From Candidatus Woesebacteria bacterium (GTDB taxonomy: Bacteria; Patescibacteriota; Microgenomatia; UBA1400; MFAQ01): 64,000 nt of DNA. The position numbers and the translations under genes were made by a program. Shown here piece by piece: positions 8,978-17,778 of this stretch (position 1 is its first letter; each line of letters opens with the position of its first letter). The stretch covers positions 446,218 to 510,217 of the forward strand of contig DAOORK010000001.1 of NCBI GenBank assembly GCA_035389185.1, read 5' to 3'. The notes beneath the pieces are model-generated. The model did no database searches. It worked only from the letters and a program-made list of their open reading frames with translations, and had not been told where the DNA came from.

Positions 8978-9006
8978 AAAAAAAGACCCCTTGGGGGGTC
9001 TTTTTT
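8978..9006 (-). terminator. bidirectional hairpin terminator (GACCCCTTGGGGGGTC flanked by A-run and T-run) after rplO
   Basis: stem 8985-9000; A7 upstream, T6 downstream. Confidence 0.65.
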
Positions 9007-9021
9007 AGTTTTAAATTTTAG

Positions 9022-9471
9022 TTACTTAGAAAAGGTGTATTTGCCGCCAGCTTTTTCGATAGCTTTGATAGCTCCGGCCGTGGCAAGAACATTAATCTCA
9101 AGTGCTTTCTCAAGTTTGCCGGTCTGGACTATCTTAAAGCCACGTTTGGCTTCTTTGTCGCTGATTTTTAAGATTTTTATTAGAGCTGTGGCATCGACTA
9201 TTGCTTTGTCTTCAAAATATTTGGAAAGAATATCAAAGTTGACGACAATAGGCTGGAGTTTAATGACTTGGAAGCGGTGTTTACCTTTGATAAAAGGGGT
9301 ACGGCGAACAATAGGTAGCTGACCACCTTCAAACCAGAGAGGCATGGTGCCACGAGTCTTTTGACCTTTTTGGCCACGGCCGACAGTGTGACCGCCAACT
9401 CCTGAGCCATATCCACGTCCAAGACGTTTTTTGCTGGTTTTGGTTGATTTAGGAAGATTTGACAATAACAT
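9022..9471 (-). CDS. rplO: 50S ribosomal protein L15 (uL15)
   Basis: Gly/Arg-rich N-terminus GRGYGSGVGGHTVGRGQKGQKTRG. Confidence 0.93.
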   Translation of the reverse strand: MLLSNLPKSTKTSKKRLGRGYGSGVGGHTVGRGQKGQKTRGTMPLWFEGGQLPIVRRTPFIKGKHRFQVIKLQPIVVNFDILSKYFEDKAIVDATALIKILKISDKEAKRGFKIVQTGKLEKALEINVLATAGAIKAIEKAGGKYTFSK

Positions 9472-9476
9472 AGTCT

Positions 9477-10004
9477 TTAGGCTTTAAGTTCTTTAAGAAG
9501 TTGATATTTGCGAGCGAGAGTTTCAATCTGTTTTAGGGCTTTGAAAGTAGCGCGAGCGTTACTGGTCTTGTTGCCAGAGCCTAATGATTTACAGACGATG
9601 TCGGTGATTCCAGAAGCTTCAACGACGGCACGGACGGAAGAACCAGCGATAATACCGGTACCTTTGGGAGCAGGACGGAAAAGAACCTTGGCGGCGCCGT
9701 ATTTGGAGATGGTTTCGTAAGGAATAGTGCCGTTGACCAGAGGAACCTGGACAAGATCACGATTACCGAGGCGGATGGCTTTTTTGATGGCATCAGCGAC
9801 GTTAGGAGCCTTGGCAAGACCGAGGCCGACCTTACCTTTTTTGTCACCGGTAACGACTAAGGCTGAAAAGGAGACATTGTTGCCACCTTGAGTTTTTTTG
9901 CTAACACGGCGGATCTGAAGAACTTGTTCAAAACCATCTTGCTGAGGACGGTCATCTCTTCTGGGACCACGCATGTTGTTGTTGGGTTTATTTGAAGGAT
10001 TCAT
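9477..10004 (-). CDS. rpsE: 30S ribosomal protein S5 (uS5)
   Basis: dsRBD plus S5 C-terminal domain motifs (GSSVRAVVEASGITDIVCKSLGS). Confidence 0.95.
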   Translation of the reverse strand: MNPSNKPNNNMRGPRRDDRPQQDGFEQVLQIRRVSKKTQGGNNVSFSALVVTGDKKGKVGLGLAKAPNVADAIKKAIRLGNRDLVQVPLVNGTIPYETISKYGAAKVLFRPAPKGTGIIAGSSVRAVVEASGITDIVCKSLGSGNKTSNARATFKALKQIETLARKYQLLKELKA

Positions 10005-10009
10005 ATGAT

Positions 10010-10357
10010 TTAGAATTTGATGCCTGATTTTCTAACAGCTTCAGCTAAGGCTTTAACACGACCATGGAAGCGATAAGCACCACGATCAAAGATTATGGTC
10101 TCGATTTTGTTGGCTTTGGCTTTTTCTCCAAGTAAAGTGCCGACTTCGATGGCCTGAGCAACCTTGGTGCCTTTGAATTTTTTAAGGCTTTGGGAAGTGG
10201 CTGACGCCAGAACTTTGCCTTCTCTATCAATAATTTGAGCCGAGATGTGCTGGTTAGAACGAAGCACAGTGAGTCGGGGTAGGGTGTTTCCGGCTAAAAG
10301 CTTGGCACGCACACGGTGCTGTCTTCTGGCCTGGGGGGTTGAGATGTTTTGAATCAT
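10010..10357 (-). CDS. rplR: 50S ribosomal protein L18 (uL18)
   Basis: RLTVLRSNQHISAQIID... FDRGAYRFHGRVKALAEAVR. Confidence 0.93.
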   Translation of the reverse strand: MIQNISTPQARRQHRVRAKLLAGNTLPRLTVLRSNQHISAQIIDREGKVLASATSQSLKKFKGTKVAQAIEVGTLLGEKAKANKIETIIFDRGAYRFHGRVKALAEAVRKSGIKF

Positions 10358-10375
10358 TTTTGTTGTTAATAATTA

Positions 10376-10936
10376 TTAAGCGGCGGCTTTGGCAGCGGTC
10401 TTACCTTGTTTCTTGATAACCACTTCGTCAACATAGCGAACACCTTTGCCTTTGTAAGGTTCGGGTTTCTTGAGCTCACGAATATTTGCGGCAACTTGAC
10501 CGACCAGCTGTTTGTCGATTCCGGAAATATGAATTTTGTCTTGTCCTTCGACGGTGATGGTGACTCCTTCGACTTTTTTGAAAACAACCGGATGTGAGAA
10601 ACCAAGAGAAAGGGAAATACCATCTGGATGGTTGGCAACACGATAACCGGTTCCTAGGAGCTGGAGATGTTTTTCATAACCTTCAGTAACTCCGGTAACA
10701 CAGTTCTGAGCCAAACGTCGGGCAAGACCGTGAAGGGCGCGAACTGCGGGGATATCGTTCTCACGGGTAAAAGTGAGGACTTTGTCTTGCTGTTCGACTT
10801 TGATACCTTCTGGGATAACCGATTCGAGGGTTCCTTTGGGACCTGTGAATTTAAGGGATTTGTCGAGTTTTTCAACTTGGACATTATCCGGGAGATATAG
10901 GGGTTTGCGGCCAATTCGACTCATATTTTTTACCAA
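10376..10936 (-). CDS. rplF: 50S ribosomal protein L6 (uL6)
   Basis: MSRIGRKPLYLPDNVQV N-terminus, duplicated L6 domains. Confidence 0.93.
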   Translation of the reverse strand: MVKNMSRIGRKPLYLPDNVQVEKLDKSLKFTGPKGTLESVIPEGIKVEQQDKVLTFTRENDIPAVRALHGLARRLAQNCVTGVTEGYEKHLQLLGTGYRVANHPDGISLSLGFSHPVVFKKVEGVTITVEGQDKIHISGIDKQLVGQVAANIRELKKPEPYKGKGVRYVDEVVIKKQGKTAAKAAA

Positions 10937-11319
10937 ATTTGACAGATAACTTCACCGCCAAGATGTTTTTCTCTAGCGGTTTTACCGGTCATAAGACCAG
11001 CGGATGTTGAAACAATAGTAGTGCCGGCGCCAGACAAGGCCTGGGGAATTTCGTTGTAACCGGAGTAGATACGAACACTGCTCTTACTGACACGCTTGAT
11101 GCCGGTAATTGCCGGAAGATTTTTGTCGAAGTAGCGAAGGGTCATAATCATTTTCTTTGAAGGCTTTGTGTTTTCAACAGAAAAATCAACAATAAAACCT
11201 TCTTTTTTGAGGAGTTGGGCTAAACCTTCACAGGTGTTGGTGTGTTTGGCCTCGACCACATCTTTTTTGGCCATGTACCCATTTCTGATAATAGTGAGAA
11301 AATCTGCGATAGTATCCAT
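10930..11319 (-). CDS. rpsH: 30S ribosomal protein S8 (uS8)
   Basis: MDTIADFLTIIRNG...; GGEVICQIW C-terminus. Confidence 0.93.
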   Translation of the reverse strand: MDTIADFLTIIRNGYMAKKDVVEAKHTNTCEGLAQLLKKEGFIVDFSVENTKPSKKMIMTLRYFDKNLPAITGIKRVSKSSVRIYSGYNEIPQALSGAGTTIVSTSAGLMTGKTAREKHLGGEVICQIW

Positions 11320-11320
11320 A

Positions 11321-11506
11321 TTATTTTGACATTTTGTAAACGCCTGGTAACTCGCCCTTGTGAGCTAGTTCTCTGAAACATAAACGACAAAGACCAAAGA
11401 TGCGAATAACTCCACGAGGTCTGCCACAGAGCTGGCAACGACGATGGTCACGAGTGGAGTGACCTTTTAGTCTTAGTGTTTTAGCGATTTTACTTTTTTT
11501 AGCCAT
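11321..11506 (-). CDS. rpsN: 30S ribosomal protein S14, zinc-binding type Z (61 aa)
   Basis: CQLCGRPRG...CRLCFRELA four-Cys motif. Confidence 0.93.
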   Translation of the reverse strand: MAKKSKIAKTLRLKGHSTRDHRRCQLCGRPRGVIRIFGLCRLCFRELAHKGELPGVYKMSK

Positions 11507-11516
11507 GTTTTTCTAA

Positions 11517-12065
11517 TTAGCTTTCTTTGGTAAAAGGCATGCCGAGAGCGGTGAGAAGTTTCAGGGAAGACTCCGCATCTTTAGCACTGGTGGAGATAGT
11601 GATTTCCAAGCCTTGAATCCTGCCTATTTTATCATACTCGACCTCGGGAAACACGATCTGTTCGGAGAGACCAAGAGTATAGTTTCCGTTTTGGTCGAAA
11701 GTTTTGCGGGAAACGCCCTGAAAGTCCTTGATACGAGGAAGGACAATAGAGGTTAACTTTTGGAAAAAGTCATACATGCGATTGCCGTGAAGCGTAATTT
11801 TGAGACCAACGACTTCACCCTCACGAAGATTGAAAGCAGCAATACTGTGTTTGGCTTTTGTTTCTAAAGGGGTCTGACCGGTGACAATGGCCATCCAAGC
11901 CTTGGTTTTGGCTAGAAGCTCCTTGTCGGTTTTGAATTCGCGTGAAGAAGTGTTGAGGGTGATCTTAACCAACTTGGGTGTGGCTTCAACAGAAGAAAGC
12001 CCTAACTCTTTTTGAAGAGCCGGACGGATTTCTTTTAAATAGTTTTCTTTGAGAGATTGTGTCAT
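11517..12065 (-). CDS. rplE: 50S ribosomal protein L5 (uL5)
   Basis: operon position; L5 core motifs. Confidence 0.93.
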   Translation of the reverse strand: MTQSLKENYLKEIRPALQKELGLSSVEATPKLVKITLNTSSREFKTDKELLAKTKAWMAIVTGQTPLETKAKHSIAAFNLREGEVVGLKITLHGNRMYDFFQKLTSIVLPRIKDFQGVSRKTFDQNGNYTLGLSEQIVFPEVEYDKIGRIQGLEITISTSAKDAESSLKLLTALGMPFTKES

Positions 12066-12388
12066 TTTTTCTTAGTTTCATTGGTGATAATTTGGCGACA
12101 GCGATGACAAACTCTGACTTTGGGTTCTTGGGAGGCATCAAATCCAACACGAGTAGCCTTGCCACAACTTGGACAGACTAGGGCGACTGAAGCGGTTGAG
12201 ATGGGGCGAGGAAGTTCGAGTATTTTCCCCTGCTCATTACCTTTGGCTTTGAGGTGTTTTTTGTAGATATTTAGGCCTTCAACCAAGACCTTTTGATCTT
12301 GAGGAGAAACCTTAATAATTTTGCCAGTGCGACCTTTGTCTTTGCCGGCGGTGATTTTTACAGTATCGTTGATTTTGAATTTGAACAT
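12062..12388 (-). CDS. rplX: 50S ribosomal protein L24 (uL24) with C-terminal C4 zinc-ribbon-like extension
   Basis: KOW motif N-terminus (VKITAGKDKGRTGKI); C-terminal CPSCG-x17-CHRC. Confidence 0.9.
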   Translation of the reverse strand: MFKFKINDTVKITAGKDKGRTGKIIKVSPQDQKVLVEGLNIYKKHLKAKGNEQGKILELPRPISTASVALVCPSCGKATRVGFDASQEPKVRVCHRCRQIITNETKKK

Positions 12389-12393
12389 AGACT

Positions 12394-12768
12394 TTAGACA
12401 ACTTCGGGAGCTAGAGATGCAATCTTGGCAAAACCTGCGTCTTTGACCTCACGAGCAATGGGTCCAAAGATACGGGTACCGAGAGGTTGCTTCCCAGCAA
12501 TCGAATCAATAATAACGGCAGCATTGTCATCAAAACGGACGTAGGTACCGTCGGGACGACGGGTTTCCTTGCGGCAACGGACCACAACGGCTTTTACCAC
12601 TTGCTTGTCTTTGACGGTACCGTTGGTATCGGCACCTTCAACGGCTGCGGTGACGATGTCACCGACATAACCGAATCTACGGTGAGAACCACCGTGAACG
12701 AGCATGACTTTAATTAGTTTGGCGCCTGAGTTGTCGGCGACGTTTAGTACAGATCTGAGTTGAATCAT
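12394..12768 (-). CDS. rplN: 50S ribosomal protein L14 (uL14)
   Basis: [18 protein letters not shown]-terminus. Confidence 0.95.
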   Translation of the reverse strand: MIQLRSVLNVADNSGAKLIKVMLVHGGSHRRFGYVGDIVTAAVEGADTNGTVKDKQVVKAVVVRCRKETRRPDGTYVRFDDNAAVIIDSIAGKQPLGTRIFGPIAREVKDAGFAKIASLAPEVV

Positions 12769-12992
12769 AGAACTTTAGTGATTTGCCAATGTTTATTTTT
12801 GCTCATAGGACGAATTTCTTTGAGTTGAACACGATCGCCTTCTTTGGCTCCAACTTCGTTGTGAGCAGCGTAGGATTTGTTGACCTTGATACGTTTGAGG
12901 TATTTGGGGTGAACTTGAAAATGAACGACATCAACGATGGCTGTTTTGACCATTTTGGCGCTTTTGACGATTCCAACGAGTTGTTTTTTCAT
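12765..12992 (-). CDS. rpsQ: 30S ribosomal protein S17 (uS17)
   Basis: OB-fold, [16 protein letters not shown]. Confidence 0.93.
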   Translation of the reverse strand: MKKQLVGIVKSAKMVKTAIVDVVHFQVHPKYLKRIKVNKSYAAHNEVGAKEGDRVQLKEIRPMSKNKHWQITKVL

Positions 12993-12993
12993 A

Positions 12994-13158
12994 TTATTTA
13001 GATTTAGTTAAGTGCTGAGCAATTTGCTTTTTGATTTTTTTGTGAGCATTAGTGTTTTTCTCATGACCAGCTTTGATCTTAAGCCTGATTTCAGCAAGCT
13101 TGATTTTTAACTCGTCGAGAGATTCCTGAGCGGTGTTTTCGATTTTGGCTTTAGGCAT
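12994..13158 (-). CDS. rpmC: 50S ribosomal protein L29 (uL29), 54 aa, not in ORF track
   Basis: hand translation MPKAKIENTAQESLDELKIKLAEIRLKIKAGHEKNTNAHKKIKKQIAQHLTKSK; ATG overlaps rplP stop (AATGCCTAA); sits between rplP and rpsQ. Confidence 0.8.
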   Translation of the reverse strand: MPKAKIENTAQESLDELKIKLAEIRLKIKAGHEKNTNAHKKIKKQIAQHLTKSK

Positions 13159-13564
13159 TGTCTTTTTCTACAAATTTAGTTTTAACTGAGATTTTGTGAC
13201 TAGCTAAACGAACGGCTTCGGCGGCAATTTCACGAGGAACACCGGAGAGCTCCATAAGAATCTGACCGGGTTTAACAACGGCCACATAAGCAGAGACATC
13301 AGACTTGCCTGAACCCATACGAGCACCGGGGGTTTTCCAACCGATTGGTTTCTGAGGAAAAACACGAAGGAAGAATTTACCAACACGTTTAGTGTGGTGA
13401 GTAATGGTACGACGAGCAGATTCGATCTCAGCGGCAGACATCCAACCGCATGTTTCGGCTTTGATTCCGTAGTCACCGAAGGCAAGGAAGTTGCTGCGAG
13501 TAGCAACGCCCCCCATGGAGCCTCTGAACTCTTTTCTGTATTTACGTCTTGATGGTTGTAGCAT
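13151..13564 (-). CDS. rplP: 50S ribosomal protein L16 (uL16)
   Basis: MLQPSRRKYRK...GKGxxxxW pattern. Confidence 0.95.
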   Translation of the reverse strand: MLQPSRRKYRKEFRGSMGGVATRSNFLAFGDYGIKAETCGWMSAAEIESARRTITHHTKRVGKFFLRVFPQKPIGWKTPGARMGSGKSDVSAYVAVVKPGQILMELSGVPREIAAEAVRLASHKISVKTKFVEKDNA

Positions 13565-13587
13565 AGTCTTTGATTGTTTTTGTGATT

Positions 13588-14241
13588 TTAGATAACGATG
13601 TCACCGGTATAGATCCAAACTTTGATGCCGACATAACCGGAACGAGTAAGAGCAGGTTTTTCGATATAGTCGATATTGGCACGAAGAGTTTGAGTAGGAA
13701 TACGGCCTTGTTTGAATTTTTCGGTACGAGCAATTTCGGCACCGTCGATACGGCCAGAAAAAACGACCTTAACACCTTTAGCACCAGCGGCCATGACTTT
13801 TTCGATAGCTTGGTTAGCAGCACGACGGAAGGGATAACGGTGTTCAAGCTGGTTAGCAAGACGGTCGGCAATAATACCAGCGGAGAGCTCAGGATTTTTG
13901 ATCTCAATTGGATGGAGGTTCACTTTGACAGCGTTTTTTGCTTTGTTGTTGATCTTGAGAAGCTTCTCAACATCTTTTTTGAGTTGTTCAAGGGATGAAC
14001 CACCACGTCCGATAACGACACCGGGACGAGAAACATACATGTAAATATCAATAGTGTTAATGCTACGCTTGATCTCAATGTTGGTGATTCCAGCGAGTTT
14101 TAATTTTTCCTCCAAATAACGGCGAATTTTGTTGTCCTCAAGAACGAGTTTGCTGTAGTTCTTGAAGTTACTAAACCAGACCGATTTGGTAGGAAAGATA
14201 TAGCCGGTTCTTAAAATGATTGGATTAACTTTTTTACCCAT
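13588..14241 (-). CDS. rpsC: 30S ribosomal protein S3 (uS3)
   Basis: KH domain plus S3 C-terminal domain; MGKKVNPIILRTG. Confidence 0.95.
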   Translation of the reverse strand: MGKKVNPIILRTGYIFPTKSVWFSNFKNYSKLVLEDNKIRRYLEEKLKLAGITNIEIKRSINTIDIYMYVSRPGVVIGRGGSSLEQLKKDVEKLLKINNKAKNAVKVNLHPIEIKNPELSAGIIADRLANQLEHRYPFRRAANQAIEKVMAAGAKGVKVVFSGRIDGAEIARTEKFKQGRIPTQTLRANIDYIEKPALTRSGYVGIKVWIYTGDIVI

Positions 14242-14243
14242 GT

Positions 14244-14687
14244 TTATTTAGTTTTTTTAGTGACGGCTTGTTTAGTTTTTTTAACTTCAGTCGCCTTTTT
14301 AACCTCAGCTTTAGGAGCAACAACTTTGGGAGCGGTTACTCTTAAATTCAGGGTAAGATGAGAGGAAATTCTCTCATAAGGCTTAGTACGTCCACGTCCA
14401 CCGATGTGTGCACGTTTGATAGTGCGACCTTTGGTGGCGAAGGCGGAGTCAATAATGAGACTGTCAGGAGAAACCTGTTTTTGAGAAACGGCATTACCAA
14501 TCCCCTGTTTGATGAGTTTGGCAATTGGGTCGGAAGCACGTTTTTGAATAACAGAAAGTTGTTTGATGGCCAAAAGTGCCGGTCTGCCAACAATTGCCTT
14601 AAGAATAAGGTTGGTTTTGCGAGGAGATACAAGCACGTGGCTGGCTTTCGCGGTGATGATAGTAATGTTTTCTTTGTTAGTAGCCAT
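14244..14687 (-). CDS. rplV: 50S ribosomal protein L22 (uL22) with Lys/Ala-rich C-terminal tail
   Basis: L22 core then AVTKKTK-type tail. Confidence 0.92.
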   Translation of the reverse strand: MATNKENITIITAKASHVLVSPRKTNLILKAIVGRPALLAIKQLSVIQKRASDPIAKLIKQGIGNAVSQKQVSPDSLIIDSAFATKGRTIKRAHIGGRGRTKPYERISSHLTLNLRVTAPKVVAPKAEVKKATEVKKTKQAVTKKTK

Positions 14688-14693
14688 AGTAGT

Positions 14694-14978
14694 TTAGGTT
14701 TTGCTGAGTGTTCTCTTAACAATACGGCCGTGACCACGGAAGTTGCGAGTGAGTGAGAATTCACCGAGACGATGACCAACCATATCTTCGGTAACAAAAA
14801 CTTCTTTGAAGACTTTGCCGTTGTGAACGAGGAAAGTGTAGCCAACAAACTCAGGAGGGATCTGGGAAGATCTAGCCCAGGTTTTGACGGGCTCTTTTTT
14901 GCCAGCGACTTTCATACGCTCAATTTTGATCATGAGCTTCTCGTCGACGAATGGTCCTTTGATACTGCTTCTGGACAT
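14694..14978 (-). CDS. rpsS: 30S ribosomal protein S19 (uS19)
   Basis: [12 protein letters not shown]...[16 protein letters not shown]. Confidence 0.95.
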   Translation of the reverse strand: MSRSSIKGPFVDEKLMIKIERMKVAGKKEPVKTWARSSQIPPEFVGYTFLVHNGKVFKEVFVTEDMVGHRLGEFSLTRNFRGHGRIVKRTLSKT

Positions 14979-14980
14979 AA

Positions 14981-15736
14981 TTAATGGTTATAGCGATGTT
15001 TAATAATTACTTTATTACTGTATTTCTTTTTGTTACGTGTACGCTTGCCGAGAGTTCTCTTACCCCATGGAGATTTAGGAGATTTCATACCGATACCGGA
15101 ACGACCTTCTCCGCCACCGTGTGGATGAGAACGAGGATCTTGGGCAACACCACGGACTTCTGGACGGCGGCCCATGTGGCGTGCGCGACCAGCTTTACCG
15201 ATGATCTCTTCTTTGTGATGTTCGTTGGTCAAACTACCAATAGTAGCTTTGCAACTGCCTTTAAAAATGCGGGTTTCACCAGAAGGAAGTTTGACAGAAA
15301 CGATTTCACCTTCTTTGGATTGAACTGTAGCGTAGTTACCAGCCGATCTTACCATCTGAGCACCTTTGCCAGGAGTAATTTCGAGGTTATGAATCTGGAT
15401 ACCGATAGGAATGTTCTTAAGGGGTAAACAGTTGCCAATTTTAATTTCAGCTGTTTCAGAAGAGATAACGACGTCGCCGATTTTGAGACCTTTGGGGGCC
15501 AAAATATAATCTTTGACACCGTTTGCGTAGACTAAAAGAGCAATATCAGCGGTACGATTTGGATCGTACTCAATTGAAGCCACCTTTGCAGAAACCGCAG
15601 TATTTCTCTTCCAGTCAAGATGACGAAGAAAACGCTTTTGGCGACCGCCTTGGTGACGAACAGTTATTTTACCAGAAAAGTTGCGTCCTGACGACTTGGG
15701 ATTGATGGATTTTAGTTTTTTAGGGGTAGTCTTCAT
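14981..15736 (-). CDS. rplB: 50S ribosomal protein L2 (uL2)
   Basis: GRNxxGxITxRHxGGGHK-type core ([12 protein letters not shown]), C-terminal GGGEGR. Confidence 0.95.
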   Translation of the reverse strand: MKTTPKKLKSINPKSSGRNFSGKITVRHQGGRQKRFLRHLDWKRNTAVSAKVASIEYDPNRTADIALLVYANGVKDYILAPKGLKIGDVVISSETAEIKIGNCLPLKNIPIGIQIHNLEITPGKGAQMVRSAGNYATVQSKEGEIVSVKLPSGETRIFKGSCKATIGSLTNEHHKEEIIGKAGRARHMGRRPEVRGVAQDPRSHPHGGGEGRSGIGMKSPKSPWGKRTLGKRTRNKKKYSNKVIIKHRYNH

Positions 15737-15742
15737 ATGCTT

Positions 15743-16051
15743 TTAGGATTTAAGGGCGGAAAAGATTTCGATCTTTTGACCGGCTTTGATTTTAACAATA
15801 GCTTTTTTCTCAACAGAGGAAGTGACGTGACGTCCTGTGCGGTGAGATTTTTCGGTGCGAGCTCCCTTTTTGATAGTGTTGATACTCAAAACGTCAACTT
15901 TATAAAGATCCTTGATAGCTTTTTTTATCTGAGATTTGCTTGCATCAGGGGCGACTCGAAAAACGTACTTATCGAGGGCCGAGAGAGCATAGCTTTTCTC
16001 AGTAACAACAGGACTAATGATGGTATTTTGATGAACTAAAGGTGTAGACAT
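15743..16051 (-). CDS. rplW: 50S ribosomal protein L23 (uL23)
   Basis: operon position; ISPVVTEKS. Confidence 0.92.
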   Translation of the reverse strand: MSTPLVHQNTIISPVVTEKSYALSALDKYVFRVAPDASKSQIKKAIKDLYKVDVLSINTIKKGARTEKSHRTGRHVTSSVEKKAIVKIKAGQKIEIFSALKS

Positions 16052-16053
16052 AG

Positions 16054-16671
16054 TTATTTAGTTTGAGTAGAAATAACAGATTTGAGTCTTTCAACCAAAA
16101 TGGTGTAAGCGGCAGGAGTGATGACAATCTTGGGACATGTTGCTACTTTGTAGGCATTTAAGCGGGAGGCCGAAAGAAGAACAACATTGTCAAGATTTCC
16201 AACTGATTTTGTAAAACCAGCGTCCTCTTTGAAGTGAACCAGGCCGAGTTTGTCGTTACCTAAAACTTTGGAGGCAGATTTGGCCGAGGAGGCTTTAATC
16301 AAAGAGGCATCGAGAAGAGACAAACGGTTTTCTTTTTGATAAAGAGAAAGAATACCCATGAGAGCTTTTATCTTCATTTTTTTGTTGAGGGATTTCGGGG
16401 CAAGTTTTAAACCCTGAGGGCCGAAGACGATACCTCCGCCAACGAAAATAGGAGCAGATTTGGCACCATGACGAGCATTACCGGTGCCTTTTTGTTTGTA
16501 AGCTTTATGTTTTGTAAGATTAATCTCTCCGCGAGTTTTAACTTTTGAAGTTCCGGCGTGAGAGTTCTCTTGGTAAACGTAGATTGCCTGAGCAAGAAGC
16601 TTGGGTGAGACCTCCAAACTGAAAACCGAAAGGTCAGACTGGCTGGTGGTTGTGACTTTTTTTGTAGCCAT
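16054..16671 (-). CDS. rplD: 50S ribosomal protein L4 (uL4)
   Basis: operon position; KQKGTGNARHG motif. Confidence 0.93.
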   Translation of the reverse strand: MATKKVTTTSQSDLSVFSLEVSPKLLAQAIYVYQENSHAGTSKVKTRGEINLTKHKAYKQKGTGNARHGAKSAPIFVGGGIVFGPQGLKLAPKSLNKKMKIKALMGILSLYQKENRLSLLDASLIKASSAKSASKVLGNDKLGLVHFKEDAGFTKSVGNLDNVVLLSASRLNAYKVATCPKIVITPAAYTILVERLKSVISTQTK

Positions 16672-16676
16672 AGGTT

Positions 16677-17315
16677 TTAATTATTTGGATTCTTGGTAAT
16701 AGTAATTTTCGTAAGTGAACCTCGGAAACCGGGAATGGCGCCAGTGATTTGTAGAGTTCCGGTAGCGGCATCAAAAGAATGAACCTTTAGGTTTTTGATG
16801 GTGACGTTTTCAGCACCCATATGACCGGCCATGTGTTTACCTTTGACAACTCTACCTGGAGTAGTACCTCGTCCAATGGAGCCTGGGGCACGACTACGAT
16901 CAGATTGACCGTGAGTGCGGGGACCACCGTGCATACCCCAACGCTTCATAACGCCAGAAGTACCTTTTCCTTTGGAAACGGCAGTAACATTAACGGTTGA
17001 TCCAGGAGTAAGGATCGAAGAAAGATCAAAGTTTTCGGCTTCTTCAATAGAAACCTCCCTAATGTATTTAGGAGTATTTTCTAGGCCGAGTTTTTTCAGT
17101 TTACCCGAAAGAGGTTTATTGGCTTTCTTTTTGGTGCCAATAGCTAAGACAGTGGCTGAATAGCCGTCTTTTTCAATAGTTTTTTGAGAAATGACTGTGT
17201 GAGGATCTACCGAAAGAACGGTCAAGGGGATCCGCTTACCTTCGACGAAGGTCTGAGTCATACTCTTTTTGGTTGCGTATACTTGTTTATTCATTTTTTT
17301 AATATTTGTATTCAC
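16677..17315 (-). CDS. rplC: 50S ribosomal protein L3 (uL3)
   Basis: GKGTSGVMKRWGMHGGPRTHGQS motif. Confidence 0.95.
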   Translation of the reverse strand: MNTNIKKMNKQVYATKKSMTQTFVEGKRIPLTVLSVDPHTVISQKTIEKDGYSATVLAIGTKKKANKPLSGKLKKLGLENTPKYIREVSIEEAENFDLSSILTPGSTVNVTAVSKGKGTSGVMKRWGMHGGPRTHGQSDRSRAPGSIGRGTTPGRVVKGKHMAGHMGAENVTIKNLKVHSFDAATGTLQITGAIPGFRGSLTKITITKNPNN

Positions 17316-17346
17316 CTTATATTTACGTCGCCTGCTTGGCTAGTAA

Positions 17347-17372
17347 ACAAAAAACGCCCCCGATTTTCGGGG
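17347..17372 (-). terminator. hairpin + U-run between rpsJ and rplC (possible S10-operon attenuator)
   Basis: CCCCGA-TTT-TCGGGG stem 17358-17372, A-run 17347-17355 on + strand; 112-bp spacer where rpsJ-rplC are normally adjacent. Confidence 0.45.
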
Positions 17373-17427
17373 AAACCGAAAAACGGTGAGGGGAGTTTTT
17401 AGTAATTTAAAGAAAGCGACATATAGG

Positions 17428-17745
17428 TTACATCTTGATTTCAATACCGACACCGGCCGGGAGGTCAAGGTGTTGTAAAGAATCAATAGTCTTGTTGGTA
17501 GGATTCACAATATCGATGAGACGTTTGTGAGTGAGAATAGCGTATTGCTCACGAGCGTCTTTATCGGTGTGAGGAGAAGCGGTGACGATGATAACCTTCT
17601 TCTTGGTGGGCAGGGGGACAGGACCAACCACTTGAGCGCCTGAAACTAGGGCAGCCTGAATAATTTTCTTTGCTGCCTCATCGATAACACGATGATCGAA
17701 GGATTTTAGTTTGACGCGGATGCGCGGTTGGTCTGTCATGTTCAA
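17428..17745 (-). CDS. rpsJ: 30S ribosomal protein S10 (uS10)
   Basis: IRVKLKSFDHRVIDEA... Confidence 0.95.
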   Translation of the reverse strand: MNMTDQPRIRVKLKSFDHRVIDEAAKKIIQAALVSGAQVVGPVPLPTKKKVIIVTASPHTDKDAREQYAILTHKRLIDIVNPTNKTIDSLQHLDLPAGVGIEIKM

Positions 17746-17778
17746 GAAGAATAAATGTGCTAATTAATTGGTTGGAGC

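Noticed and set aside
14984-15427. 147-aa plus-strand ORF
   Set aside because: Antisense inside rplB
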